Below are positions 1-10,387 of a stretch of 64,000 nt of DNA, piece by piece. Source of the DNA: Desulfosudaceae bacterium (GTDB lineage: Bacteria; Desulfobacterota; Desulfobacteria; Desulfobacterales; Desulfosudaceae). The notes below the pieces were generated by a model. That model made no database searches. It saw only the letters and a list, made by a program, of their open reading frames with translations, and was not told the DNA's origin. Location of the stretch: NCBI GenBank assembly GCA_963674745.2, contig CAXXDV010000001.1:2368001-2432000 (forward strand), in the 5' to 3' direction. Position 1 is the stretch's first letter; each line of letters opens with the position of its first letter. Both the position numbers and the translations under genes were made by a program.

Positions 1-2
1 GC

Positions 3-383
3 TGGATCATCGGTTTTCCGGGGGAGACACCAGAGACGATACAAGAGACAGTAAGGTTGATCGTGAATGTAAAACCGACAACCGCTAATATTCTGCGGTT
101 GATACCTTATCCGGGCACACAGGTGTACGAAGAAGCCCGGGCTGAGAACCGCCTGGTCGGCGACTGGTCGGCCAACCGGACTTTTACACCCTGGATAAAA
201 CTGCCCTGGATAGAATCTCTTTTTGACCTTGAAAAACAAACTCAGCAGGCCATTAACCGGGTGTATTTCCGGCCTCATTACGTATTTTTATTTGCAAATG
301 AGATTTTAAAGAATGCCAACAGCATGCTGGCCAGGTATGCCATTCAGGAGGCGGGTAAAGCCCTCGGCAGCGTGTTTCGTTGA
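3..383 (+). CDS. Radical SAM protein (probably B12-binding class), C-terminal part; 5' end lies outside the window
   Basis: Frame open from the window edge: WIIGFPGETPETIQET...LIPYPGTQVY, the typical C-terminal motifs of class B-like radical SAM enzymes. Confidence 0.75.
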   Translation, partial: WIIGFPGETPETIQETVRLIVNVKPTTANILRLIPYPGTQVYEEARAENRLVGDWSANRTFTPWIKLPWIESLFDLEKQTQQAINRVYFRPHYVFLFANEILKNANSMLARYAIQEAGKALGSVFR

Positions 384-438
384 AAATTACCGGGGTGGGG
401 CACTTTTAAAAAAAACAAGAACAGGCAGAAATTCAGAC

Positions 439-2136
439 ATGATTACCAATGCGACTTTAAAATCACGCATCGTGCCGGTATTTGTACTGTCGGTTGTGTG
501 TCTGGCGCTTTTTTCTAACACCTTCACCAACGAATTGGTCTGGGATGACCCGGAAATTATCACCGAGAACGTTTATATCCGTGACTGTAAAAACATCTTT
601 CTTTTTTTTACCCCTCATTATTGGAACGAATTGCATCCAGATCCAAGTCTATACCGACCATTGCGTACCATATCTTTTACCCTTGATCACGCGCTTTGGG
701 GATTAAACCCGACCGGGTATCATATCACCAATGTTTTACTACATGTGGCAAACGTTTTGCTTGTTTTTTACCTGACGACTATTATCACGAAAACGCGCAA
801 TGCCGGGTCTTCGGCCGGGCGCTCCGCACAAAAGGGCTTCCTTAGCCCGGCTTTTTTAACAGCCCTGTTGTTTGCCGCTCATCCGATTCATACGGAATCG
901 ATCAATTTTGTCAAGAATCGTTCCGACTTGATGGCGTTTCTGTTTTTTTTCTTATCGGCACTGCTGTTTATAAAATCATTTTCAGCAGCCGGCCGTAAGT
1001 CCCGAGGGATACGCATTGTAGGCGCCTGGCTGTTGTTTGTCCCGGCGGTGTTGTCAAAGGAAATAGCTCTGACCCTGCCCGGGGTGTTGGTGTTATACGC
1101 CGTCTGCTTTTTGCCACGCCCGGACCGGAGAACGGCGTTGGCCTGGATTGTTCCCTACGGTCTGATGATTCTGATATTCTTCTGGACCATTCAGACCTTT
1201 ATTGCATCTGTCGGCCCGCTCCCTGCCGGCCCCCCCATGCCTCGAGGGGTCGGCCAGCATCTACTGACGGTCGTAAAGACCACGGGGATTTATTTTAAGT
1301 TGCTGGTATTGCCCTTCCCGCTTAGCGCCGACCGGGCGTTTATCGTTCCGACCGGCGTGTCCAGCCCTGCCGTCCTGGCGTCCCTGCTGGCGGTCTTGTT
1401 TTTGCTGATCGTTGCCGCCCGTACTTACCGGCGGGCGCCGATTGTATGCTTTGCCATCGGCTGGATCTTATTGACCCTGGTGCCTGTAAGCAATTTGGTG
1501 TTTCTGGTGTCCCGGCCCATTGCCGAACAGCGCCTGTATCTCCCTTCGTTCGGTTTTTGTCTGCTGATTGGTTATGGAATTGAGCGGTTGGCCTGTTTCG
1601 GGCCCCAAAAAGGGGGGCGTCCCTGGCCGATTCTCGCAGGCATTGCACTGACTGTGAGTATCGTCGCGTTATACGCTGTTGCTACCGTTCAGCGGAATTT
1701 TCAGTGGCGGAGCAATGTCGCTTTTTGCGCCAGCACTGTGGCTGCCAATCCGTTCAGCATCAGGATGCGATACAATTACGGCAATGCTTTGAGCGATATC
1801 GGGGCATATGAAGAAGCCATCAGACAGTACCAAACCGCGCTACATATGAAATCGGACTATCTGGAGGCACATTACAATCTGGGTGTCACCTATTATAAGA
1901 TCGGACACCACGATAAGGCTGTCCATCATTACCGGGCGGTGCTGGCGCTGGAACCGGATAATATCGATGCCCTGAACAATATGGGCGTCGCTTTTTATGA
2001 CAGCGGTCGCCTGAAAGAGGCCCTTGAATGTTTTCGGGAAGTGCTCAGGCTGTCACCTGACGATGTCAAGGCTGAACGAAACATGAAAGATGTTCTGGCA
2101 GACCTGGACCGTTTGGAGACGTCTGCCGAACCGTAA
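439..2136 (+). CDS. TMTC-like multi-pass membrane glycosyltransferase (GT-C) with C-terminal TPR repeats
   Basis: ELVWDD, YRPLR, FAAHPIHTES, LSKE and AEQRLYLP motifs; many TM segments; 3-4 TPRs at the C-terminus. ATG at 439 chosen over the ORF start at 313. Confidence 0.8.
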   Translation: MITNATLKSRIVPVFVLSVVCLALFSNTFTNELVWDDPEIITENVYIRDCKNIFLFFTPHYWNELHPDPSLYRPLRTISFTLDHALWGLNPTGYHITNVLLHVANVLLVFYLTTIITKTRNAGSSAGRSAQKGFLSPAFLTALLFAAHPIHTESINFVKNRSDLMAFLFFFLSALLFIKSFSAAGRKSRGIRIVGAWLLFVPAVLSKEIALTLPGVLVLYAVCFLPRPDRRTALAWIVPYGLMILIFFWTIQTFIASVGPLPAGPPMPRGVGQHLLTVVKTTGIYFKLLVLPFPLSADRAFIVPTGVSSPAVLASLLAVLFLLIVAARTYRRAPIVCFAIGWILLTLVPVSNLVFLVSRPIAEQRLYLPSFGFCLLIGYGIERLACFGPQKGGRPWPILAGIALTVSIVALYAVATVQRNFQWRSNVAFCASTVAANPFSIRMRYNYGNALSDIGAYEEAIRQYQTALHMKSDYLEAHYNLGVTYYKIGHHDKAVHHYRAVLALEPDNIDALNNMGVAFYDSGRLKEALECFREVLRLSPDDVKAERNMKDVLADLDRLETSAEP

Positions 2137-2218
2137 TGTATATTTATAGCCCATCAGTGTGGCTTTGTGTAACGCAGGACGCTACGAAGAAGCCGTCAGT
2201 CATTTTCAAGCCGGCCTG

Positions 2219-2803
2219 TTATGAAAACAACGGCTGCAGGGCCATGGCAAAAGCCATTTCGCCTTCAATCTGCAGTTTGCCGCTCATGAACATCTGAATA
2301 GGTGTGTCCTGACGGGCTGTCAGGGCCCTGGCGTCCTCCATTGCCAGTTTGAGCGTGACTGCCGGCTGCGGGGCGCCGTTGAATGTGGCCGTAATTTCAG
2401 CTTCCGAGCCGTCCGGCTGTGCCAGCTTGAAAACAGCGGTTCCCTTAAGCCCTGCCAGAACACCATACTGCTGACGGGAAGCCTGTCCGCCGGAGATCTG
2501 GCCCTGCATTCCCAGCAGCATGTCGATATTTTTCATGTCTGCCAGTATGGCCATGCTTTCTACCGGGATGGACAGGAGAACCATGGGGTTTTCAATATCG
2601 CCTTCCTTGACGTCAAACGTCTGGCCGTCCTTGATGGTATAGCTGTAGCGGTTTCCCGAAGCATCCACGGTCAGGGTCAATGTCGTACCGGCCAGCGCTT
2701 CGTCCGGACCGTTTAAGGCAATAAACTGCCGGGCCAGCTTGGGAATAAACTCGGTTAACAGTTCGGCGACATCAACGGTAATGGTAAAGGTTTTTTCTGC
2801 CAT
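2219..2803 (-). CDS. SCP2 sterol/lipid-binding domain protein
   Basis: C-terminal PIQMFMSGKLQIEGEMAFAM SCP2 signature; GGAGG RBS before the ATG at 2803. Confidence 0.7.
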   Translation of the reverse strand: MAEKTFTITVDVAELLTEFIPKLARQFIALNGPDEALAGTTLTLTVDASGNRYSYTIKDGQTFDVKEGDIENPMVLLSIPVESMAILADMKNIDMLLGMQGQISGGQASRQQYGVLAGLKGTAVFKLAQPDGSEAEITATFNGAPQPAVTLKLAMEDARALTARQDTPIQMFMSGKLQIEGEMAFAMALQPLFS

Positions 2804-2820
2804 GACTTTCCTCCGATTGC

Positions 2821-3300
2821 TCAAGAGACACCGCGTCCCAGAATTTTTGTCATGATTTCCAGAGAAAGCTGTTCCGCGTCGTGTTGGATGGTCTTTTTAG
2901 CCGTTGCCACCTGGGCTTTGACCTCGTTCTGGGTGTTTTCCTTGAGGTCTGTTATGGTTTTCCGGGCTGTATCGACAACGTCTTTTGCCTGGTCGTTGGC
3001 TACGGTTTCCAGTTCGCTTTTCAAGGTCTGGCCTTCCTGCCGGGCGGAAGCTTCTTTTTCCTTCAGTTGTGCCATCAAATCCGTTGCTTTTTTCTGAGCG
3101 GTCTTGATGTCACTGTCCAGCTCGTTCAGATGGCCTTCTCGTTTGCGAATGGTATCGTTCAGGGGACGAAACATCAACCGGTTTAAAATCATCACAAAAA
3201 TCAGAAAAGACACCAGAATCACAACAAGCGTTTCATTGATTGTGATCATACCGTTGGTGTAGGCGACCGAGAAGATATCGTTGGAGTATAAAATTTCCAC
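2821..3300 (-). CDS. atpF: F0F1 ATP synthase subunit b/b'
   Basis: N-terminal TM helix, then LNRLMFRPL...R and a long coiled coil; follows atpE. Confidence 0.85.
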   Translation of the reverse strand: MEILYSNDIFSVAYTNGMITINETLVVILVSFLIFVMILNRLMFRPLNDTIRKREGHLNELDSDIKTAQKKATDLMAQLKEKEASARQEGQTLKSELETVANDQAKDVVDTARKTITDLKENTQNEVKAQVATAKKTIQHDAEQLSLEIMTKILGRGVS

Positions 3301-3380
3301 GCCGTACTACCTTTATTATATCGAGTTAAATCAAAATGTTAATAAATACCCAGCCGATTTTTGCTGCATTTTTTGGGCAA

Positions 3381-3445
3381 GGCAGGCGAAAAATTCAACC
3401 ACAGGCAAATAAACCGTATTTTAACGGCTGGAATTTTCGCCTGCC
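3381..3445. other. Long stem-loop between atpE and atpF
   Basis: ggcaggcgaaaaattcaacc (3381-3400) pairs imperfectly with ggctggaattttcgcctgcc (3426-3445). Confidence 0.6.
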
Positions 3446-3481
3446 ATAAAGATCGGCAAAACAGCAGCACACGAAAAAGGA

Positions 3482-3724
3482 CTAGACGACGAAGAGCAGC
3501 AGCAATGCCACCACCAGAGAGTAAATACCGGTGGATTCGGTTACCGCCTGCCCGACCAGCATGGTCCGGGTTAACAGACCGGCTTCAGAGGGATTTCTGC
3601 CGATGGCCTCACAGGCTTTGGCCGCAGCCATTCCTTCGCCGACGCCGGGTCCGATGGCGCCCAGCCCCATGGCCAGTCCCGCACCCAAAAGAGCGCATGC
3701 TTCAACAATATTACCTTCGATCAT
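3482..3724 (-). CDS. atpE: ATP synthase subunit c (single hairpin, Na+-type motif)
   Basis: GPGVGEG...RNP...GQAVTESTGIY. Confidence 0.95.
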   Translation of the reverse strand: MIEGNIVEACALLGAGLAMGLGAIGPGVGEGMAAAKACEAIGRNPSEAGLLTRTMLVGQAVTESTGIYSLVVALLLLFVV

Positions 3725-3784
3725 TTTTTTCTCCTTCGCTATTATTTCCTATTCGCAATTAAGCCGGGGAAACACCCCCGAAAC

Positions 3785-4459
3785 TCAGTTTACCTGAACC
3801 GATATATATACGATGGTCAGCATGGTAAATACAAACGCCTGGATGGTACCGACAAACAATCCGAAAAAGAAACACAAAAACGGCGGCAGGACCAGGCTGT
3901 AGATCAAATGGGAAACCACCAGGATGATGATGGAGCCACCCATGATGTTTCCGAACAGACGAAAGGAAATGGATATGACCTTGGCCAGCTCACCGATGAC
4001 ATTCAACGGGAACATGATAAAAAAAGGCTCCATATATCCTTTCACGTAAGTTTTTATCCCTTTCTTTTTGATGCCGCAATAGTGGGCGATAACAAAACCC
4101 ATGATGCCCAGACTGAGCGGAACATTCAGGTCTTTAGTGGGCTCCTCAAGGAGCGGCACGATGCCCAGGGAGTTGGAGATCGCCAGAAACATGAACAGGG
4201 CGCAGATCATGGGTGCGTATTTTTTGGCCAGTTCTTTGTCCAGGGCGTCTTCCGCAAGGGCGTAAAGCTGTGATACAAAAAGTTCTCCCATCAACTGCAG
4301 GTTGCCTGGAACGAGGCTTTTTTTACGGGTTGCTAAAAAGGCAAATACGATCAATATACCCATGACCAGCCATGCCATCAGGATGACCTTAATATTAAAG
4401 TGCATGGTATAGTCGCCGACGGGAACGAGCAACTGGTATATTTTCCCGAGTTCATCCAT
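3785..4459 (-). CDS. atpB: ATP synthase subunit a
   Basis: SFRLFGNI and IQAFVFTMLT motifs. Confidence 0.95.
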   Translation of the reverse strand: MDELGKIYQLLVPVGDYTMHFNIKVILMAWLVMGILIVFAFLATRKKSLVPGNLQLMGELFVSQLYALAEDALDKELAKKYAPMICALFMFLAISNSLGIVPLLEEPTKDLNVPLSLGIMGFVIAHYCGIKKKGIKTYVKGYMEPFFIMFPLNVIGELAKVISISFRLFGNIMGGSIIILVVSHLIYSLVLPPFLCFFFGLFVGTIQAFVFTMLTIVYISVQVN

Positions 4460-4461
4460 TT

Positions 4462-4863
4462 CTATATATCTCCTGACAGTTTTTTGCGGAATCCGGCCCA
4501 TACCGGCGCGGTCAAGTAGTCCGCAAGAATACTCAACTGGACAAAAAAGAGTCCCGCTACGGTCGTTATCAGATTAAATTCAGTACGTTTTATGGCAATC
4601 ACCATGGGCACGGCCAATAAGACCATCCTGGCGCCGAGTGCCCCGGCGGCGATGACAGAGGCCGTTCTTCTGGTTTTTCCGATTTTCATGGGAATGGTGG
4701 CGCCCAGAGCGATAAAATTGACAATGCCGAACAGGCAGCCCAGGATCAAGCCCTTACCCATGGCGGTCAGGCCGCAGACGATTAAAGTGCCGCCGATGAT
4801 AATGGCGGCAATCAGTGCCCGGGAGCAGTACTTTTTTTCTGTCTGCCGGATGGCGTCCATCAA
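4462..4863 (-). CDS. atpI: ATP synthase protein I
   Basis: Four TM helices; directly upstream of atpB. Confidence 0.8.
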   Translation of the reverse strand: MMDAIRQTEKKYCSRALIAAIIIGGTLIVCGLTAMGKGLILGCLFGIVNFIALGATIPMKIGKTRRTASVIAAGALGARMVLLAVPMVIAIKRTEFNLITTVAGLFFVQLSILADYLTAPVWAGFRKKLSGDI

Positions 4864-5120
4864 TTTTTTCCTTCGCCGGACTCATCGTCCGTTTGAGTGG
4901 TGACGGCCATAATCTGGCGATAAACGACATTGGCCCCGCCAACAACACCCAGAATGGTGAAAACCGTTATAAAAATTCCTCTGGTGCCTAACCACCCATC
5001 AATTAAATAACCGATATAAAAACAAAATATAATGCACCCGGCCATTGTCAGGCCGATCTGCATGGTGATCTGCAGGTTTTCCGTCCAGGCGCTGTTTTTT
5101 TTAAAATCAAATTTAAACAT
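4860..5120 (-). CDS. AtpZ/AtpI family protein
   Basis: IGYLIDGWLGT...GVVGG two-TM pattern; in the atp operon. Confidence 0.8.
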   Translation of the reverse strand: MFKFDFKKNSAWTENLQITMQIGLTMAGCIIFCFYIGYLIDGWLGTRGIFITVFTILGVVGGANVVYRQIMAVTTQTDDESGEGKN

Positions 5121-5180
5121 GGCCGTTTCTGTTCGTCGGTCACCCGTCATTGTTTTTGTCGTCTGCCCGGAATATGTTTT

Positions 5181-6155
<975 letters not shown>

Positions 6156-6546
6156 TCAGATCCTGTATTTCTTCACATGATTGTTAACAGAGCAGTCGCT
6201 GGTAACAGACTTAATATGGTTTTTTGAGTATGATACTTGTTGTAATTTGTAAAGGGATTTTATTGGGTTTTTCAAAATTATTTTAAAGCTTTTTATAAAA
6301 ATAAGTTCCAAGTTATTAAACTATTGATAAAACCTGATCACACCCGGGCTGTCAACCTTGAATTTAAGCTTTCATAGAGAATATTGGCGGGGAGGTTGAA
6401 CCGCAAATCAGCAGATTAAGAGTTGACAAGCGAACGCCATTTTTAATAAGTATGTTTTTTTTGAAGCGATCCTTTTATACGGCTCGCAATCACAACGTAT
6501 GCTAAGCTTTTTCAATAATGAACAAGGCTAAAGAAAGGGGCATTCC

Positions 6547-7416
6547 ATGAAAATTCTGCAGTTCTATGAAAACAATCAAAAGCCCGTTATTTCTATGGAA
6601 TTTTTTCCGCCCAAAGATATCGGGGCGTTTGATAAGGCGGTTGATGAACTGGTGTTGTTGAAACCGGATTATGTTACGGTGACCTTTGGTGCCGGTGGGT
6701 CTACCCGGGACGGCTCTTATCAGGCCGTTAAAAAGCTGATCGAAGATAAAAACTTACCGGTCGTCGCCTATATCGCCGGTTATGGCCTGGGGCCGAACGA
6801 CATTACCGATGTGCTGGATAAATATCAGGCCCTGGGCATCGGAACGATTTTTGTGATCCGCGGCGATAAACCCCGGGAAGCGGACTTTACGCCCCATCCG
6901 GACAGCTTTTCGTATGCCTATCAAATGATAAAATTTATCAAGGAAAATTATGATTTTACGCTGGGGTGCGCGGGCTATCCGGAAGGCCACCTGGAGGCCG
7001 AAAGTCCGGAGGCGGATATCGAACACCTGAAATTGAAGGTCGACAGCGGCGCTGAATATATTGTGACCCAGTATTTTTATGACAACAGCATGTATACCGG
7101 TTTTGTGGAAAAATGCCGGGCCACTGGTATTGATGTCCCGATCATCCCGGGCATTATGCCGGTATATTCCATAAAAATGACCAATATGCTGGCCAAACTT
7201 TGTGGCGCAACGATACCCGAAACCATGCGCCAGAAATTGGACAGCCTGACGGATGCGGGCAGTGAGGCCGTTCTAAATTATGGTATTGACCTGGCCACAG
7301 AGCAGTGCCGGGGGCTGGTACCCCAGAACGTGCCGGGGCTGCATTTTTATACCATGGACCGCAGCCGTTCCACCTCTGAGATTATTCGCCGTCTGAAAGC
7401 GGATAAACTTTTTTAG
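6547..7416 (+). CDS. metF: 5,10-methylenetetrahydrofolate reductase
   Basis: SMEFFPPK, VTFGAGGS, RGD, GYPEGH, TQYFYD and GLHFYT motifs. Confidence 0.93.
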   Translation: MKILQFYENNQKPVISMEFFPPKDIGAFDKAVDELVLLKPDYVTVTFGAGGSTRDGSYQAVKKLIEDKNLPVVAYIAGYGLGPNDITDVLDKYQALGIGTIFVIRGDKPREADFTPHPDSFSYAYQMIKFIKENYDFTLGCAGYPEGHLEAESPEADIEHLKLKVDSGAEYIVTQYFYDNSMYTGFVEKCRATGIDVPIIPGIMPVYSIKMTNMLAKLCGATIPETMRQKLDSLTDAGSEAVLNYGIDLATEQCRGLVPQNVPGLHFYTMDRSRSTSEIIRRLKADKLF

Positions 7417-7467
7417 AGATACCCGAATAAATTTAGGCGGAATAGATTTAGCCCGGATATTTCATGC

Positions 7468-7604
7468 GTAGGGTACCCTCTGTGGGTGCCCATCACCGGG
7501 CAGGCACGGGGGCCTGCCCCTACAATATTCATGAACGCCTCCCACGACCCGTTGGGGCACCCCCCTGTGGGTGCCCTTCGTCGGGTAACCAGGGGCGTCC
7601 CTGC
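7468..7604. repeat. Cluster of GTAG-type REP-like palindromes (BIME-like)
   Basis: gtagggtaccctctgtgggtgccc; inverted gggcaggcacgggggcctgcccctac; gttggggcacccccctgtgggtgccc; degenerate fourth copy; between convergent genes. Confidence 0.7.
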
Positions 7605-7621
7605 TTTGAGCGGTATTTGCT

Positions 7622-8446
7622 TTACGGGGCCAGCCATTCCCCCGGTCGGTAATCGTCTTTAACCGCTTTAAGCCGGTCTTTTAGGGTTTCGTATTCCATT
7701 TTTTTGCCCAGCAGCCATTCCATATGTTTCATCTGACCTTCTTCGGTAAATTCCGGATCGAAATAGTAGAAGTCCAGTGACGGGCCGTTCTGACGGGCCC
7801 GTGACTTACAGACGGCGCATTCCAGCCCGCCGTCGGAGTGGGGCCGGAACAGGTCGGAAAGGCATCGCGGGCACTGTTGGCCGGTGACCGGTTTATCCGT
7901 ATCGGGTGTCGTCAGTGAACGGGCAACGTCTCTGACCCGGGCGTTGAAAGCCTCATCCAGCGCCGCTTCCCCGGGATGGGTGCCCAGAAAACTTTCCACC
8001 CGGACAATGTTCAGGCCCAGCGATGCGGTCTGGACACACAGGGCTGTCTGGGCAATACCGTTATATTTTTTCAGGCCAAGGGTCAGGATAACGGCGGTCG
8101 GGACCTGTTTAAAGAAATGAAAGTAGTGCGCCACCTGTAACACCCGGTCGGAAATCATTTTTACAACACCAACCGGCCCCAGGGCGTAATTCGGGGCCGC
8201 CATGATGACCGCATCGGCCTTTTTAATCTCTTCCAGAAGCCAGACCACGTCGTCCCGGATCATGCATTCCTTGTCCGGTATGAGGCAGGCGTAGCATCCC
8301 CGGCAGGGCGCGATATCCAGTTTGGGCAACCGGATCAATGACAGTTCCCAGTCATCGCCCATCCGGCGGGCAATGGCCTTGGTGGTGATTTCCGAGTTGC
8401 CCAGTTTTCGATAGGACGCAATCAACCCTAGTACTTTCTTCCCCAT
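7622..8446 (-). CDS. Flavodoxin-fold iron-sulfur flavoprotein (NADPH-dependent FMN reductase family) with C-terminal Cys pairs
   Basis: ASYRKLGNS FMN loop; CRGCYAC...C cluster motif; C-terminal CPRC...CAVC. Confidence 0.8.
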   Translation of the reverse strand: MGKKVLGLIASYRKLGNSEITTKAIARRMGDDWELSLIRLPKLDIAPCRGCYACLIPDKECMIRDDVVWLLEEIKKADAVIMAAPNYALGPVGVVKMISDRVLQVAHYFHFFKQVPTAVILTLGLKKYNGIAQTALCVQTASLGLNIVRVESFLGTHPGEAALDEAFNARVRDVARSLTTPDTDKPVTGQQCPRCLSDLFRPHSDGGLECAVCKSRARQNGPSLDFYYFDPEFTEEGQMKHMEWLLGKKMEYETLKDRLKAVKDDYRPGEWLAP

Positions 8447-8479
8447 TTGTCATGCTCCTCTGTTTTAGGCTTTTAGTGG

Positions 8480-8655
8480 TTAGGTGATTATGTGTTTAAG
8501 TGGTTAAGTGGGCCGGGTTTTTGAAAAGGTTTTCCCATAAAAATCTAACCACTTCTTCTTCCAGCCCCTGCTTTGTCAAACCTATGCTCTGCTTTTGTTG
8601 CCTGCCCGCCGACAACCGCCTAATCACTTAACCACTTAAACACATAATCACCTAA
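8480..8655. repeat. 31-bp perfect inverted repeat built from CACTTAAN octamers
   Basis: 8480-8510 is the exact reverse complement of 8625-8655; further octamer runs at 8675-8711 and 8758-8791. Confidence 0.85.
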
Positions 8656-8720
8656 AGCGCTAAAACTTTTTAAACCCCTTGAACCCTCGACCCCTTGATT
8701 CCTTGAATCCTCCAAACACA

Positions 8721-8749
8721 TTGACGATCTTGGCTTGTTCGGATAGTAT
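8721..8749 (+). promoter_or_regulatory. Sigma70-like promoter for the murJ operon
   Basis: TTGACG-N17-TAGTAT. Confidence 0.55.
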
Positions 8750-8797
8750 GAAATGCCCTTAACCACTTAATCACTTAACCACATAAGCACTGTTTTT

Positions 8798-10387
8798 ATG
8801 AGCGAAAAAAGCAAAGTCGTCCGGGCCACCGGTGTTATCGGCGGGGCCACATTATTGAGCCGTATTTTCGGTTATGTCCGGGACATGGTGCTGGCGGCCT
8901 TTCTCGGCGCCGGCATGGTGTCGGACGCCTTTTTTGTCGCTTTTACGATTCCCAATCTGTTGCGGCGCCTGTTCGCCGAAGGGGCGCTGACCATCGCTTT
9001 TATACCGGTCTTTACCGAGTACCTCGAAAATCGCGGCCGGCAGGAAGCCTTTGCCATGGCCCGGTCGGCCCTGCGCCTGTTGACAGTGATCATGCTGACG
9101 GTAACATTGGCCGGCATCCTGCTTTCCCCGGCGATCGTTCACATCGTCGGCCTGGGCTGGGTGAAGGATCAGCCGGACAAGGTCGCCCTGACCATCACCT
9201 TGACCCGCATCATGTTCCCTTATGTGCTGTTTGTCTGCCTGGTGGCATTGTGCATGGGCATTTTAAACGCTCTGGGGCATTTTGCGGCACCGGCCTTGTC
9301 TCCGGTTCTGCTGAATATTACCATGATCGTCGCCCTGGTCGGTGTGGCAGTGTTGTCCGAGGACAATCTGCTGCGGGTTAAAGTGTTGGCCTGGGGCGTG
9401 GTGGCCGGCGGCTTCATGCAATTACTGCTGCAGGTACCCTTTCTGATCAAAACGGGTCTGCGGTTCTGGGAAAAAGCATCGTTTTATCATCCGGGCCTGA
9501 ATAAAGTCGCCCTCCTGATGCTGCCGGCCGTGTTCGGGGCGGCGGTTTACCAGGTCAATATTATTGTCGGCCGAATGCTGGCCACCATGTTGCCGGAGGG
9601 GAGCGTAAGCTATCTGTATTATGCCGACCGACTGGTTCAGTTCCCGCTGGGCGTTTTTGCCATATCCGGGGCCATGGCGGTATTGCCCAGTCTTTCCCGG
9701 CAGGCCGCCAACCGGGATTATGAAGCCGTAATTGACACCTTCGGTTATGCCATGAAACTGACTTTTTTCATAACCCTGCCGGCCATGACCGGATTGATTG
9801 TGCTGCGTGAACCAATTGTGGCGCTTCTGTTTAAGCGGGGACAGTTTGACCTTGAGGCGGTGCGCATGACGGCCCAGGCCCTGATGCTTTACGCCGCAGG
9901 CCTGTGGGCGGTTTCCGCCGTCCGCATCGTGGTCTCGGTATTTTACGCGCTGTCGGATACAAAAACACCGGTTCGCGTGGCCGTTATTTCGACGCTGGCC
10001 AATATGGTTTTCAGCCTGGCCCTGATGGGGCCGTTGTCTCATGGTGGACTGGCACTGGCTACGTCGCTGGCCGCCTTTCTGAATTTCGCTTTGCTGATGC
10101 TGGCGCTCAGGAAAAAGCTGGGATCACTCGGACTGATGTCACTGCTGGCCGCTGTTTTACGATCTGGCTTGTGTTCCCTCCTGATGGGGCTGGTCGTGTG
10201 GCAGACCGCGGCTCACGTGATTGCCGTTGACGCGGGTCTTGTCGGGCTGCTGCTGGGTATCCTGGGAAGTATCTGCGTGGGGGTTGCCTGCTATGTTTTT
10301 TTTGCGTATATTGTCAAAAGTGATGAGTTGGATGGTTTGCTGACGATTTTCAAAAGGAAACGTGTTCCGAATGAAAACCAGTCATAA
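8798..10387 (+). CDS. murJ: Lipid II flippase MurJ (MviN)
   Basis: SRIFGYVRD, PNLLRRLFAEGA and YADRLVQFPLGVF motifs. Confidence 0.96.
   Translation: MSEKSKVVRATGVIGGATLLSRIFGYVRDMVLAAFLGAGMVSDAFFVAFTIPNLLRRLFAEGALTIAFIPVFTEYLENRGRQEAFAMARSALRLLTVIMLTVTLAGILLSPAIVHIVGLGWVKDQPDKVALTITLTRIMFPYVLFVCLVALCMGILNALGHFAAPALSPVLLNITMIVALVGVAVLSEDNLLRVKVLAWGVVAGGFMQLLLQVPFLIKTGLRFWEKASFYHPGLNKVALLMLPAVFGAAVYQVNIIVGRMLATMLPEGSVSYLYYADRLVQFPLGVFAISGAMAVLPSLSRQAANRDYEAVIDTFGYAMKLTFFITLPAMTGLIVLREPIVALLFKRGQFDLEAVRMTAQALMLYAAGLWAVSAVRIVVSVFYALSDTKTPVRVAVISTLANMVFSLALMGPLSHGGLALATSLAAFLNFALLMLALRKKLGSLGLMSLLAAVLRSGLCSLLMGLVVWQTAAHVIAVDAGLVGLLLGILGSICVGVACYVFFAYIVKSDELDGLLTIFKRKRVPNENQS

Noticed and set aside
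7413..7652. Small ORFs in the metF-flavoprotein gap
   Set aside because: They are translations of REP palindromes
8480..8791. Repeats as a CRISPR array
   Set aside because: Units are 8 bp, tandem, without unique spacers, and no cas genes are present
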